A stretch of DNA of 64,000 nucleotides from Octopus vulgaris (Eukaryota). Position 1 is the stretch's first letter. The number at the start of each line of letters is the position of its first letter. This document shows, in pieces, positions 26,018-40,574 of the stretch. The translations under genes and the position numbers were made by a program. The DNA lies in assembly GCA_951406725.2 (NCBI GenBank), contig OX597814.1, positions 184,574,001 to 184,638,000 on the forward strand, read 5' to 3'. The notes under the pieces were generated by a model. The model worked only from the letters and a program-made list of their open reading frames with translations. It did no database searches and was not told the DNA's origin.

Positions 26018-27272
26018 GACTGCATCGGCACCTAATTCGTATTCATTACAGCTGCAAAACCTGGATCAATATAGCTACACGAAGAGCAGAATACGTAAAT
26101 GCACGTGGCCTGAGGTTGGCTTGAACATAAGGTTATTTGTTCGTTGATCCTCCCCAGGCTATTATATTTGGAAGCCATCTTCGAGGCCAAGGTAACCGAG
26201 AGACCCGTACTTTTCAGTAATAAAGAGGTATATTGTGGTCTACTTGGATCAGAGATCAATGTTGCAGTGTTCTGTCAGATGAGTTTATTATTTATGAGTT
26301 TTACATTAAACCAGGTGATAAGTCCATAATACTGTCCGAAGAAGGATGGCTGGATTTCGTCTGACGTCTACAAAGTGTACTTGAGATCGTATGTTGCATT
26401 TTAGTCCAACAGAAAACAGGACTGGCATTTTACATAAAAAGTTAGCATGGTGTAGATTTAGCTGCTATGGGAAGTGGGGTGTAAATGTCACACAAATTTT
26501 GCAGATACTTCCAACCATTTAGCGTGTGCTGACTGAATTCTCCAAATACACTAGTGTGAGGAAGATTGAACAACATCGGGTCATCCAAAACGGGCTGGAG
26601 CAGACTACATGCTAGGTCATCGAAGAGAGAGATAGAATCAATAGAAGGTGAACGTAATATTCTCGGCGTGCAAAACTTACAGCGACCAGATCGGAGAGTT
26701 GATTGATGACGATAGCAATCGTCAATAATTGATGGTGGGGCATTCAGAATAGGGTGATTAGGAGGGTAGAGTGGAGCCTAAATGCATATTCAGCAAAGAA
26801 TAACGATACAAAGGAATAGATTATGAGTTGGAATTAGAACAGGCAATTAGGCAATGTGTTAGCATTTACAATAACGAAAAACTCAAACGAAAATGTTTAT
26901 GTTAACATAGACTTTCCAGTACGAAGGTACGGAAAACAATTGGCGAGTCAATGTGGTACAGGTACGACTACAGTTATTACAGAGTTTGTGAGAATAGTTA
27001 TCGACAAGTATACTTTTAAGTCCTAGTTCTATTAATGAAAATAGAATAAAAATTTAAATATAGATTATTCACTAATATAGAAAATATTACACTATATGAA
27101 TGGCCACTCTCGGGACACAATCATGAAGTACATCATAGAATATATTCAAGGAGTTTGGCTTACTTAATATCAACCTAAATATAACTAACTTTCTAGATAT
27201 CACATTGGATTTTTAAGACAGGTAAGCGCTATCAAAGAAGAATGTCTGGAAACACACCTTAGTACAAATACC

Positions 27273-27506
27273 TATTTCTTTACTACCCACAAGGGGCTAA
27301 ACACAGAGAGGACAAACAAGGACAGACAAAGGGATTAAGTCGATTATATCGACCCCAGTGTGTAGCTGGTACTTATTTAATCGACTCCGAAAGGATGAAA
27401 GTCAAAGTTGACCTCGGCGGAATTTGAACTCAGAACATATGGGCAGACGAAATACTACTAAGCATTTCCCCCGGCGTGCTTAACGATTCTGCCAGCTCAC
27501 CGCCCT
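27273..27506 (-). mobile_element. Full-length SINE-A monomer (tail A) with 16-bp TSD
   Basis: TSD ccttagtacaaatacc at 27257-27272 and 27507-27522. Confidence 0.95.
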
Positions 27507-30016
27507 CCTTAGTACAAATACCATTGTAGCTACAAGTGGATGAAAAAACGCACAGACTGGATACCAAGAAAGCATAAATGAAAGAGAAGACAGCTAACAA
27601 AATGATGGACAAACTGGACCGAGTAATAAAAATTAGAAACCAAGCAGCCAAAGCACAAAGTTTGAGAAATAATTATGATGGTGAGGTTGGAGCCATGGCC
27701 TAATTTAATTCATTTGCTGATGTGTGTGTGTGTGTGTGCGTGGACGTGTGGCTGAGTGGATGTGTGGATGTACCGATGTATTTTAAGAGAAAAAGTGAAA
27801 CCGCGCTTGTGTGCTTATGGTCCTGTCTCTTTATACGTTGTTTTCTAGTGCATCTTCTCATGAAATATATAAAAATATGTATTTTAAGTCTCGTGATTCA
27901 GCAATTATTTCTTTATATACACCTACATAATCATAAACACAGACGTGAATCTAATCTTACATGCACGCAGACACGCACAACGTGTGAACATAATCTTACA
28001 CACACACACACTTATGTGTATGTATAAGAAATTGTATATTTTTGTGTTGGAAGAAAAGCCTCTAAACATGTAATTTGATAGAAAGTTCCATCCATAAAAC
28101 CGGATATCAAGCATAGAGTTATTACTAATATTAAAATACAACCAATTTTCAACACGTAAAACAACATATGCAAAATACATTAAAACAATCGCGTCAATAG
28201 ATAACTTGATGACACAGGCAGGGATCTCAGGATGACAACACGAACTTGCTAAAATTAATGTATATATATGTTTCCAACAAACACAATATATTTCATGTGA
28301 AAAAATATAAGAAATTTAATACAATACAAATATAAAAAAAAAATCTCTAATTTGCTTCCTTTCTCTAAATCCTATTCTGCGTTCAGATGTTACTTAGCAT
28401 CCCGCAAAGATTCCAAGAAACCATTTCTCAACATTACGTCTTACCATACATCAAAATCTCACATATCTACTTCAGATTTATACTAGCTTGCCGGTCTTTT
28501 TTTTATTTATTTATTTATTTATTTATTTATATATTTAGTTATATATTTTTTATTCATTTTTAGAGCTACATTAACTCTGTACCAACTACTGATGGTAACA
28601 ATATATCTTTCCATCCGACATCTTTCAGACAGCTACACGTCGACGAGTTTGAGGACAAACCATGGATGTATGTCTTTCTACATTCTTCAGATTATCGAAT
28701 CGCGTAAATCAACACGCTCCATACGATTTATCAGATATTTGTGTCTCTATCGTACTGGCAAGAAACAGTGCTTAGAACAACACCTGGAAGATGTAACTTA
28801 TCAAAAACACAAGGCTATATTTTCCTAGCTTAATTCCTCCGATGATTAAACTGCTTAGAAGGGTGGGGGAACAAACTGAAAATTCCTCAAAATCAGCTGT
28901 AGGTTGGCAGTGTCTTTACAGCGTCAGTTAAAATGCTTTGCTAGTTAGAAAAAAGCGTCAGATAGGCTTGCTTACGACTGCTTTGCCTCCGGCCGTTTGT
29001 GCTGTTCGTTTCGGATAGGATAGCTTATTTCAGATTTCCTAATCCCCTGCTATGGATTACTTGAGAATATATTTCTGAAAGCCCTGACAAAAACTATTGA
29101 CTCCGGCGCTGCCCCGTTCTGCCCTAGATGTCATTTTTCTGTGTTGCTACTTCTCCACATTTGAACCGTCTAAACTATTCTTGGTGGCCGGCCACCTTAG
29201 TATGTTTGTAGCTGCCATTGTATAAGCGAGCACAAATTCCTTGTGTAAGTTTAATACTCCCGGATGAGCGGGGACACATCATCAACGAAGGATTCGAAGT
29301 AATTAAGTATTTGATTACATCATAAACCATCGCATTTCGATGTCCAGAGACACAATAAGCGTTGATCTGGCTCTAGCATGCGTCCCAACAACACGCATAA
29401 TGAACACACACACATATACACATCTATACATGCACTCACAAACACATTCACAATCGCACTCACACCACACACGCGCACGCACATAGACGCATATGAGAGA
29501 AACTACTTTCATAAAACACAAAAATGGGATTTCTCGGTGTTTGTTTCTCTAGTAAAAAAAATAATAATAAAAAATGCCCCCCAAAAATCAACAGGCAAAA
29601 ATCACTTGTTTCAAGTAGCTAACACAAGTTTATTTTTCCCTCGTTTGATCTCAAGCAACTTTTCGTATATCTATTCGTATCAGATTGCAGTTTAAAACTA
29701 CTAGTCTGTAACAATCAAAGCTTGCAAGGTGCGTCGGAGACACGTGGCCGTAAATGGAATGGGGTGAGTTTGAAAAGGAAGCGTTCACCTTGCAGAAAAC
29801 TTCCAGTCTTTGAAATACTCTACAAGAACAGGTGAAGAGTTTAAATAGATACTACGATAATAAGCATGAAGCGGCTGATAGAATACGGTGGCGATGGTAG
29901 GGGAAATAAAGCGAGAAAGAATGAGAGGGTATGGAGGACCAAATTCTAAGAAGATGAGCAAGTTTACACAATCCGTAATACGTTCATTCATATAACTATG
30001 TATATTTTATATGTGT

Positions 30017-30222
30017 TTTATGTTTTCTTTGCGACCATGCTGGGGCACCGCCTTCAAGGGCTTTGTCGAACAGATCGCCGCTAGTATTTATCATTTCATG
30101 TATAGTATTAATTCTAACGGTCTCTTATGCCAAAGAACTGAATTACGGGTATGTAAACAAACCTATACTGGGTGTCAAGCAATGGCAGGGACAAACAAAG
30201 CACGGATACACACAAACACATA
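30017..30222 (-). mobile_element. Diverged SINE-B 3' half
   Basis: gcgaccatgctggggcaccgccttcaag...tgtcaagc...ggacaaaca similarity. Confidence 0.7.
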
Positions 30223-30669
30223 CATTTAGGGTTTTCATTTGCCTGGTCAATGGTCGAAAAATTCCCAAAGGAAGTACTAAATTTAGCAAAGAAATCCTTT
30301 TTTCACTTATTTTTAATCGCTCAAATAGTGGCACGTACAAAAGGCAAGTGTGCTTTCCGTTGTCACTGCCTGATATTTATGATTGATCTTTCAAAATATT
30401 TTCTTTCTCAACTTACTCAAGATCTTTTGTTTTTTATAAACGGGAGATAGATAGATAGAGAAAGATAGAGAGTGAGAGAAAGCGAGGGAGAGTCCGAGAG
30501 AAAGGAAGAGTAAGAGAGTGGGAAAGTGAGAGAGAAAGGAGAGAGAAACAAAGAGGGAGAATGTGGTGATAAGAAACAGAAAGGAAGCAACAGAAAGTAA
30601 CAACCACACTCTTACCCACGCGTAGAGCGGGTCACCTTAAGCTAGTATGTATATATTTTATCATTTAAC

Positions 30670-31016
30670 TTTTATTTATTTCAGTCATTAGACAGCGGCC
30701 AGGATGAGGCACCGTCTTGAAGAATTTTTTAGTCGAATGAATCGCCCGCAGAACTTTTTTTTAGCCTGGTACTTATTCTATGGATTTCTTTTGCCGATCC
30801 ACTAAGAAACGAGGATGTAAACACGCCAACATCGATTATCAAGCGGTGAGGGATGACAAACACACACACACACACGCTCGTGCGCGCACGCAAGTATATA
30901 AAACGGGCTTCTTTTAGTTTCTGTCTTTCAAATTCACTCACAAGGCATTTTTTGGTCCGAGGCTATAGTAGAAGACACTTGCTGAAGGTATTACAGGACG
31001 CAGCCACAACTGCGCT
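30670..31016 (-). mobile_element. Diverged SINE-B
   Basis: ttcagtcattagacagcggcc...ccgaggctatagtagaagacacttgc. Confidence 0.82.
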
Positions 31017-31372
31017 TCCATGTGTGTGTGTGTGCCTGTGTTTATATGAACATATCCTTGTTCTTTTTAAATCCTTTATTAGACCCTCCTTTCTCTCTGT
31101 TCACTTATATCATAACATTATATAATTCATGATTATCATTAACATTTGTTGAACATCTCTTGTGAAAAATACTCATTAATATATATTGCGATTAGCCGCC
31201 GGACTGAATAAAAATCCGAAGTACGAAAGTAAAACAGCAGTGGATAAAAAAAAGATATCTTTGCATGCCATACGTCACCGATTGCCAAGACAACGAAATT
31301 TTTGTCTAAGATAAAATATCTCATAGACGTGGTGTGTTAAACACACAATATTTGTCGAAGTGTGACAAAGCA

Positions 31373-31500
<128 letters not shown>

Positions 31501-31523
31501 CAGCGTTCATTATTTTCCCCTCG

Positions 31524-32627
31524 TTCTTCTCTCTCTCTCTCTCACACACACACACACCCACACACCCACACACGTACAAACTCATGTTTATATAATTTCT
31601 ATCGCTCCCCAGTGGCTACAATTCGTCGGTTACGCGTACAGGCTAATTTTTCTCCTATACGTTCGCTAGATTTATAACAGGCAGAGTCTATTTTTTTACC
31701 TATCTATTTGTCTGTCTCCCCTCCATCTTTCACTATTTTCTATCTGCCTCTCTCCTTCTGTTTCTCTCTCTCACTGCTCACACGTGACCATCCTCCATCT
31801 TTCTTTTCCTCACGTTGTCATCTTTCTTTTCCTGCACGGACGTTCAAAAGACTGGACGTTTTTTCCTCTCTCTTCTATCTTTTCTCTTTTCAAAGAAAAT
31901 ATTTCTCCCAGCGTTCATTATTTTCCCCTCGTTCTGGTCTAACAGCAGTCCATGTTTGTTTTCGTTCGGTTTCTTTGAATGTCTCCACTGTCCTGTTTTT
32001 CTTTCCAACTTCGACCCTCCATAAATCCTAAATTTTATTTTAGAATTTATGGGAGCAACTGTCTTGAAACTGCCAAAATTGATATGAAATTTTGAGCATG
32101 TGCACGTCGAATTTTGCAGAGAAGACATACATGAGAATAGAATTCCAGAGCTCGGGCCTAGAATATAAGTATCAGTATGTAAGTATCTTCCGTAAGAAGC
32201 TGTAGCTGTGGGAACAGTGGTTGATATGTTATTTGGAAGAGGGTGAATGTACAGTTGAAGTGGAAGCGAGACGGCGAATATTTGTACCAAAGATTACACT
32301 CTGACCGTAATTCGTTCATAGATTTTGTTATGGATGTCATCTCGAATATTTGTATGTCTAGAAGCAGCAGCATCAGAAATATGTACGTCGCATTTATATT
32401 GTTTGTACACACTCAATCTCTCTCCCTCCCTCTCTCTGTCGCCCTCTCTCTTTTCTTCTCTCTCTCTCTCTCACACACCCACACCCACACACCCACACAC
32501 GTACAAACTCATGTTTATATAATTTCTATCGCTCCCCAGTGGCTACAATTCGTCGGTTACGCGTACAAGCTAATTTTTCTCCTATACGTTCGCTAGATTT
32601 ATAACAGGCAGAGTCTATTTTTTTACC
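31524..32627 (+). repeat. Dispersed direct repeat of about 175 bp (31524-31700 and 32453-32627)
   Basis: Near-identical ...gtacaaactcatgtttatataatttctatcgctccccagtggctac...gcagagtctattttttt(t)acc. Confidence 0.93.
32040..32345 (-). mobile_element. Decayed CR1/Jockey-type LINE ORF2 C-terminus
   Basis: Minus-strand translation SRPELWNSILMYVFSAKFDVHMLK resembles the ...LWNSLP..VF...D...FK C-terminal motif. Confidence 0.45.
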
Positions 32628-32695
32628 ACACGGTAGAATAAATAGATCGAGAGAAGTAGAGATTGCAACATTCAATGAAATGTTGATGAAAGCAT

Positions 32696-32726
<31 letters not shown>

Positions 32727-33423
32727 CGCGTCGACGACGACGACGGCAATCACGATGATGGCGATGATGACAACTACGTTGATGATGATGATAGTGATGA
32801 TGATGATGGCGATGGCGAGTAGAGCGACGGTGGCGATGCTACGGACAACGACATTCATGATGCAAAGAAGAATAGGGCAAGGCAGGTGAATGAGAGCGAT
32901 AGAAAAATGAAGTAATGAAATAAGGAGGGCGTACATGATAGGGAAGTCAATGTGGAGGAAGAGGATCATGATAACGATAAAACTTGCATAACGTTGCATA
33001 CCGACGAACCGTTCAACCATTTCTCAGTGTTAACATCTAGCAACTCACTTCGGGTCAGTGTTAAGGATAGGTTATGATGCATGAAGAGAATCTTAGGATT
33101 TTTTTCTCCTAGTAAGATCGATAAATTGACAAAAGACAATCTCAACATCCAAGACTCAGGTACATAACATATATAGATAGACGCACAATATATACCTATA
33201 GTACATATGTAAGTCTATTATATATATATATATATAAAATAAAATACAAAATGGGACAAGAACGCAAAAAAAAATGGAGACAACTAGGTGATACAAAAAG
33301 GGACAACAAAACATCCAGATAGGCGATACAAAAAAGCAAGGACGGGTCATTCGAAGCCTTTTATCTTCAGTCAAGAACCGCATCATCCTCGCAATTTCGG
33401 CTGATTAATCTTGAGATTGCTCT

Positions 33424-33473
<50 letters not shown>

Positions 33474-33686
33474 TATGTGTGTGTTTGCGTGCGTGTATGT
33501 GTATGTGTGTGTGGGGGGTCGTACGTGTTGTGTATGTGTGTGTAGACACAAAGAGATGGATATACATGTATGTGCATATGTATGTAGAAATTATATACGC
33601 ACGTATACGTTTACTTGTACATGTATCTCTCTTTCACTCCTTCTCTCTCTATCTGTCTCTCTCTCTCTCTTTCTCTCTGTGTATAT

Positions 33687-33942
33687 ATTCTTTTATTTGT
33701 TTCAGTCATTTGACTCTAAGGCCACGCTGGAGCACTGCCTTTAGTCGAGCAAATCGACCTCAGAACTTATTCTTTGTAAGCCTAGTACTTATTCTGTCGG
33801 TCTCTTTTGCTGAACCGCTAAGTTACAGGGACGTAAACATACCAGCATCGATTATCAAGCGATGTTGGAGGAACAAACACAGACACAAACACACACACAT
33901 GCATATACATATACATATATATATATATTTGTCTCTAATTTA

Positions 33943-34005
<63 letters not shown>

Positions 34006-34092
34006 TTCCGTCTATCAGATCCACTCACAAGGCTTTGGTCGGCCCGAGCCTATAGTAGAATACACTTGCCTAAGATGCCGCGCAGTGGGACT
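33687..34092 (-). mobile_element. SINE-B, 5' truncated
   Basis: ttcagtcatttgactctaaggccacgctggagcactgcc through cacttgcctaagatgccgcgcagtgggact. Confidence 0.87.
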
Positions 34093-34925
34093 ATATATGT
34101 AACAGAAACGGTAAATTGCAGTGGGGATGCGGCGTGGTTTAGTGATAATCTGTTGTTCTTCCGATTCCTCGTCCAGGCGACGTGTTGCTGCTCCAATCCC
34201 CTCAGCTGTCAAAAATTAATGATCCTGTGAGAAACCGCGTCCCGTCTGGGAGGGAAAACTATTTGCTACAGAATCCAGGAAACCGGCTTTATGATTCCTA
34301 GGATCGGGAAGGATTTTTTGAGTGGTAAGGGAAGGGTAACTTAAAATTAAACATTAATTGATTGCAATGTTTTTTCTCAGCCTGGCCCAATCAAACAAAG
34401 CCTCTTATTCAAAGCAATATATATTTAACTTTAAAGAGTCATTCAAGTTTAATGTAATTTATATCATTCTCGTCGTCAAGTCCCGTCTTGTTATCAAACA
34501 TTGAAAGTAGCTTCGAGTTTATAACTAGCTTTTCAAGCATACATGCGTGTATGTCCTCCAGTATGAATGTGTGCGTTGCGTGTGTGTGCGTGCGTGTGTG
34601 TATGTATGTGTGTGTATGGTATAAAGAAAAACGACTTCAGAAATACGTCCTTGGGAGATTATTAAGAAAAGGAACCCGACTGACACTTTTGATAGACAGG
34701 AGTGGAAACAACTAATATGAGTAGAGGAGAGACTGATGCTGGTTCAGTAGTTAACATTGGAAGAAAAATACAGAAGGAAAATAGAGTCGTAGTAAGTACT
34801 ATATGAACCTAGCACTGGATTAAAAACATCAGATAGATGAATTTGAAAATACTCTACGGAATTTCTTCTAGGAAGCAATCATGTACAGAACTGAAATCAT
34901 TGCACGATATTATCTGATACTGTTA

Positions 34926-35550
34926 AGACGGCGAGCTGGCAGAAACGTTAGCACACCGGGCAGTATTTCGTCTGCCGCTACGTTCTGAGTTCAAATACCA
35001 CCGAGGTCGACTTTGCTTTTCATCTTTTCGGGATCGATAAATTAAGCATCAGTTACGCACTGGGGTCGATGTAATCGACTTAATCCCTTTGTCTGTCCTT
35101 GTTTGTTCCCTCTGTGTTTAGCCCCTTGTGGGCAATAAAGAAAAAAGAAACGTTAGCACACCGGGCGAAATGCTTAGCGGTATTTCCTCTGCCGTTACGT
35201 TCTGAGTTCAAATTCCGCCGAGGTCGACTTTGCCTTCCATCCTTTCGGGGTCGATAAATTTAGGCAGTGATCTGGCAGAAACGTTAGCACGCCGGGCGAA
35301 ATGCTTAGCGGTATTTCGTTTGCCGTTACGTTCTGAGTTCAAATTCCCCGAGGTCGACTTTACCTTTCATCCTTTCGGGGTCGATAAAGTACCAGTTACA
35401 CACTGGAGTCGATATAATCGACTTAATCCGTCTGTCTGTCCTTGTTTGTCCTCTCTGTGTTTAGCTCCTTGTGGGTAGTAAAGAAATAAGTATTTCGTCT
35501 GTCTTTACGTTCTGAGTTCAAATTCCACCGAGGTCGACTTTGCCTTTCTT
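34926..35550 (+). mobile_element. SINE-A nested multimer (4 bodies, 2 tail-A ends)
   Basis: Junctions aataaagaaaaa|agaaacgttagc (about 35145) and aaagaaata|agtatttcgtc (about 35488). Confidence 0.92.
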
Positions 35551-36401
35551 ACGAATAAATAAATATTTCTAGGTGAGATGAGCTAGTCTGAATACGTTCG
35601 TTGAATGTTTCAAATATGATTTCCAAATAGTCTAGCTGAAATTTTCAAGAAAATGAGGATTGCGCATAATTTTTATTCATCAGGATATTACACTAATTAG
35701 CCGCGCTTTCTGGTTCATTCTGTTGTGGTAGCAAATATTTCTAACTAGCAAAGGCTTTTATACTGGTACTCTAAAATTTCCTATTATCTTTTAAATAGGG
35801 ACTTCTATATATATATCCTCCATCTACCCTTCCCTTAGTAGATGGATGAAGGTGCATAGGCTTTTCATCAGTTTATTTTATCTGTGAGCCAAGGCGTGGT
35901 GTTATCTCGAGGAATTTCTATTGACTTTTAATAACTAGTGCCACACCTGTTTTAGCTTCGGTCACTGGGAAACCTTGCAATACTATTGTAACGCAGTAAG
36001 ACATTTTTGGCCAACACAACAGCACGAATTTTGCGTTCCTCCAAATTCAGCTTTGACATAGCATTCATTTCTAACCTAGGCACTAGTGAAACGATTTATT
36101 TATATATTATTGCAGAGAAACTTGTCACTGAATCAATATTGTTTCGTTACTGTTAATTTAATTTATAGGCCCCAGAAAGTCGATACCAAAGTTAAACTGA
36201 GAGGGATTTAGGCACAGAATAAAAAGGGGTGCAACGAAGTTATTATTTTTGCTTAGGTGCCCTTGAAATCCTAATACCTAATGCGCTTTTTGTCTGGTTG
36301 ATATTCTGGAAGAAAATATAGTAGAGGATAGGCTGAAACAGAAGGGATCCAGGGTAAATGTTTGTGGTATGTAATTACGCACCTTTCTGTTCTTCTCTCA
36401 T

Positions 36402-36716
36402 ACGCGTTGCTTAGTGGTTAAGGTATTTGGCTCACGTCCGTAAGATCGTGTGTTCGATTCCCGGTTACGCGCTGTTGTTCTTAAGCTAGACACTCTGTTT
36501 CACGTTGCCCCAGTCCACTCATATGGCAAAAAAGAGTTGTAGATGTAATGCAAAGGGTCGGCCTTGTTACATTCTGTTTCAGGCTGAATCTTTTTGAGAA
36601 GTACATTAAGGGTACGTGCGTCTGGGGAGTGATCAGCCACTTGCAGGTTAATTCCACGGACTGGCTGTTCCGTTGATCAAGTCAACTAGAACACTCGTGG
36701 TCGTAACCGACAGAAT
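36402..36716 (+). mobile_element. SINE with head 2, CORE-like block and tail X
   Basis: 5' half resembles the 25413 head (gcttagtggtta...tttcacgttgc.ccagtccactca); 3' half resembles 39890-40060 (taagggtac...tcagccactt...ctgttccgttgatc). Confidence 0.82.
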
Positions 36717-36981
36717 ACCTGTGCTAGTGCTCCCTCAAATCCCGTCGGAAAAAACTTTACGTTTCATCCTTTAGCCGTTGATGTAAACGTGTCGACATCT
36801 CCATGTAAACTATGGCATCATTATGGTTCGAATACTCAGTAAAAAGTCCATCCATGCATTATATTAATTCGTTTATGTAGTCGTAAAAACATGAAATCAG
36901 AAATTTCCATAATTGTTTTACATTAATATGAAAGAATTTGGATCCATTCAATAGCAGTGACCAATATTCTATAATGTATAG

Positions 36982-37303
36982 ACACAATGGCCCGGTGGTT
37001 AGGGCAGCAGACTCGCAGTCGGATGATCGCGGTTTCGATTCCCAGACTGGGCGTTGTGTGTGCTTATTGAACGAAAACACCTAAAAGCTCCACGAAGCTC
37101 CACGAAGCTCCGGCAGGGGGTGCTGGCGACCCATGTTGTACTCTATCGCCCCACCTTCTCTCACACTTTCTTCCTGTTTCTTGAGTAACGCTGCGATGGA
37201 CTGGCGTCCTTTCCAGCTGGGAAGGAACAAATACGCCATAGAAACCGGGAAACCGGGCCCATGAGCCTGGCTAGGCTTGAAAAGGGCGCATAAATAAATA
37301 ATA
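36982..37303 (+). mobile_element. SINE with Arg-like head 1 and V-domain-like tail
   Basis: Head as at 39683; tail gagtaacgctgcgatggactggcgtcc...gaaaccgggaaaccgggcccatgagcctggctaggctt as at 25148. Confidence 0.88.
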
Positions 37304-37805
37304 AATTGTATTGTATTGGCATCCTTTCTGTCTCGGGAGACAATGGAGTTGCGCATTTTTTTTTTTTTTGTAGTCTAGTCCGGCTTTTATATTTCATGTC
37401 CTGATACATTTCCTGCTGTGGCTGTGTAGTTCTATCCTGGACAAACACTCCCTCTGGCAGGTACCGCAAATGTAAATGATAAATATTCTATAATAAAAAA
37501 AGCAAAACTCCCTGATAGTCATATACCAAGTATAACTGAAGTTTTTGGCAGAAATGCACCATAAATAAATCGAAGAAGCTATACTTCAGTGTCAAAACAA
37601 AAACAGCAGTGAAGATGGTGATGGCCTTCCTCTAAAATCAGTGTAATTTGATAGTCAATATACTTATTATTGGTAGATAAGATAATAGCTAAGTTTACTT
37701 TGACAAGTTTCAAGCATAAACGCTATGAATTACCTTATGCAAAGCACAAGACATAGTCTTTTTTTCTCTTTGAGCAACAGATTTAGTTTTGGTTACGTGA
37801 TGTTT

Positions 37806-37864
<59 letters not shown>

Positions 37865-38609
37865 ATGTATGTATATATATACATATATATATACATATAT
37901 ATATATATGTATATATATAAATATATATATATAGATATAGATATATATACATATATATGTATATATATGACTATGTGTACATTTGTATGTGTGTGTGTGT
38001 GCGTGCGTGTATGTATATATACAAGCTTACTTGGTGTTACAATTTTCTGGTTTTCTTTACGTTTTTCTTTTCTACATTTGTTCGTTCGTTTTTTTTTTGT
38101 TTGTTTGTTTTTTCACTTTTTTTTATTATTTTGCGTTGTTATTATTATTATTATTATTATATTTTCTCGACGTTGACTGTCTGGCGGAAAAAAAAAAAAA
38201 AAAAGAATTTTGATGCATGAGATTAGTTCACAGTTGAATTGTGAGAACCGAGGTTGTATTACTGCAGCTCACCCGGCTACTGTTTAGATTCTAGATTAGA
38301 CAGGAAATGCTGAAATATTATCGTCAGGAACTTAGAAATGTTTCAAGAGCAATGACACTGAACTGAAATATGGAAAAGGTTAGCATTTATCATAAAAAGA
38401 TTCCAATAAGTGATAATATTCGTTTGCTGAAAATTCCGTTTCCGTTCTTTGCTGTTTCTCTCACTTTTTCTTTCTTTTCTTTTGGTCTTTATTCATAATT
38501 CTTACCTTCAAAATACTTGGTATTATTGTTATGTGAAACTTTATACTCTTTATACGATCGTTTGTTAATATTCATTACAGGAAAATTAGCGTTTATCTTC
38601 TGTCTTCTA

Positions 38610-38833
38610 TCCTTTATTTTGTTTAGTCTCATTAGACTGCGGTCATGCTGGGGCACCGCTGCGAAGAATTGTTTTGTCAAACGTATCGACCCCACTACTT
38701 ATTTTTTTCTGTTAGAAGCCTGGTACTTATTCTATCGATCTCTTATACGAAACCGCTTGATTACGAGATGGGGCGGCTAAACAGACCAGTGCCAGTTGTG
38801 AAGTGGTGGTAGAGGACAAACACAAACACAAAG

Positions 38834-38872
<39 letters not shown>

Positions 38873-39020
38873 AATATATATATAAATTCATATATAAGAA
38901 TGGTTTCTTTCAATTTCCGTCGAACAGATCTACTCACAAGGTCCGAGGCTATAATAGAAGACTTGCCCAAAGTGCTACGCAGTGGAACTGAACCTGGAAC
39001 GATGTGTTTGGGAAGGAAGC
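38610..39020 (-). mobile_element. SINE-B interrupted near its head by a SINE-A dimer
   Basis: Family body present; the head remnant resumes after 39425 (cttattactcagtcacacct). Confidence 0.8.
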
Positions 39021-39023
39021 ATC

Positions 39024-39425
39024 TTATTTCTTTATTGCTTTATTGCCCACAAGGGGACAAACAAGGACAGACAAAGGGGTTTAAGTCTATTACATCAACC
39101 CCAGTGCGTAACTGGTACTTAATTTATCGACCCCGAAAGGATGAAAAGCAAAGTCGACCTCGGCGGAATTTGAACTCAGAACGTAACGGCAGACGAAATA
39201 TATGTTTCTTTACTACCCACAAGGGGCTAAACAGAGAGAGGACAAACAAGGACAGACAAACGGATTAAGTTGATTATATCGACCCCATTGCGTAACTGGT
39301 AGTTATTTAAATCGACCCCGAAAGGATGAAAGGCAAAGTCGACCTCAGTGGAATTTGAACTCAGGACGTAACAGCAGACGAAATATCGCTAAATATTTTG
39401 CCCGGTGTGCTAACGTTTCTGCCAG
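39024..39425 (-). mobile_element. SINE-A dimer
   Basis: Two body+tail units; junction gacgaaata-tatgtttctttact at about 39200. Confidence 0.92.
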
Positions 39426-39682
39426 AATCTTATTACTCAGTCACACCTGTTATGTAAAACTTCGTAGTCTTAATAAGATCGTTACAAAAATTTAGAGTTT
39501 AGTTCAATTTTTGAAAGCAACAAACAAAGCACATATACAATATTTAAAATGTGTTTTCAAATCCTGTCTACGGTGATGTTGCTATATGCTCGTTGATCCA
39601 GTTAGCCATTGAGTCAATTAACGATTTTCTTAAAACCTTCAAATTGATAGTTGCTGGCCAGAGTATAAATAATTAGTGTATA

Positions 39683-40066
39683 GTGGAGGCGCAATGGCCC
39701 AGTGGTTAGGGCAGCGGACTCGCGGTCATAGGATCGCGGTTTCGATTCCCAGACCGGGCATTGTGAGTGTTTATTGAGCGAAAACACCTAAAGCTCCACG
39801 CGGCTCCGACAGGGGATGGTGGTGATCCCTGCTGTACTCTTTCACCACAACTTTCTCTCACTCTTACTTCCTGTTTCTGTTGTACCTGTATTTCAAAGGG
39901 CCGGCCTTGTCACTCTCTGTGTCACGCTGAATATCCCCGAGAACTATGTTAAGGGTACACGTGTCTGTGGAGTGCTCAGCCACTTACACGTTAATTTCAC
40001 GAGCAGGCTGTTCCGTTGATTCGGATCAACCAGAACCCTCGTCGTCGTAACCGATGGAGTGCTTCC
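39683..40066 (+). mobile_element. Full-length SINE-C (tRNA-Arg-like head 1 with tail X), 12-bp TSD
   Basis: A-box-like tggcccagtgg, B-box-like ggtttcgattcc, TCG anticodon-like loop. TSD aattagtgtata at 39671-39682 and 40067-40078. Confidence 0.95.
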
Positions 40067-40574
40067 AATTAGTGTATAAAACAATTCGCAATCTAATTTT
40101 TGCTAATGATAACTGAATTTGTAATTAGAAAGACAGAATTATATCGGAATAAGCTACTTTGAAGGTATTTACTACGCTGCTGATAAACTGTTGGACTTTG
40201 ACGTCTAATCTTCTACACGCTCATACATGCAGGCACGCACGCCTCCCACACACGCACACACACATACACAGAAAAACATGTGCGTACACAAACGGGAGAA
40301 ATGATTTCCCATGCAGCTGTTTGGCGCTTGATAGAAGTGTGTGTGTGTGTGTGTGTGCGTGCGTGCGTGTAGGCATTTGTGCAGACACGTGCGCGCGTCA
40401 TTGAATGTAAACGCAAAATGTTTTCCTTCTTTACAATCTTTCCCATTTCTATTGTTTTTTCCTTTCTTCCAGCCTCTCATATCTTATTACATATTTCTAA
40501 CGAAATGTTTTCTCCGGCCGGTAAATTTTACACATTTCTAGTCGTATTTCACTGTGCTTGAGCATATATATATA

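Noticed and set aside
25843-26460. Short ORFs in unique sequence as possible host exons
   Set aside because: No recognisable domain, and splice sites cannot be supported from sequence alone.
28860-29300. Relatively GC-rich unique stretch as a possible exon or LINE relic
   Set aside because: No sustained ORF or recognisable motif; it needs a homology search.
30614-30645. Hairpin plus CTAG resembling a Helitron 3' end
   Set aside because: No 5' end or second copy could be identified, so it is too weak to call.
31936-32452. Segment missing from the duplicated copy as a spliced intron (retrocopy)
   Set aside because: No GT-AG pair at the boundaries on either strand; microhomology explains the junction.
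39683-39755. tRNA-Arg(TCG)-like sequence as a functional tRNA
   Set aside because: The acceptor stem does not close and it continues into a SINE body bounded by TSDs.
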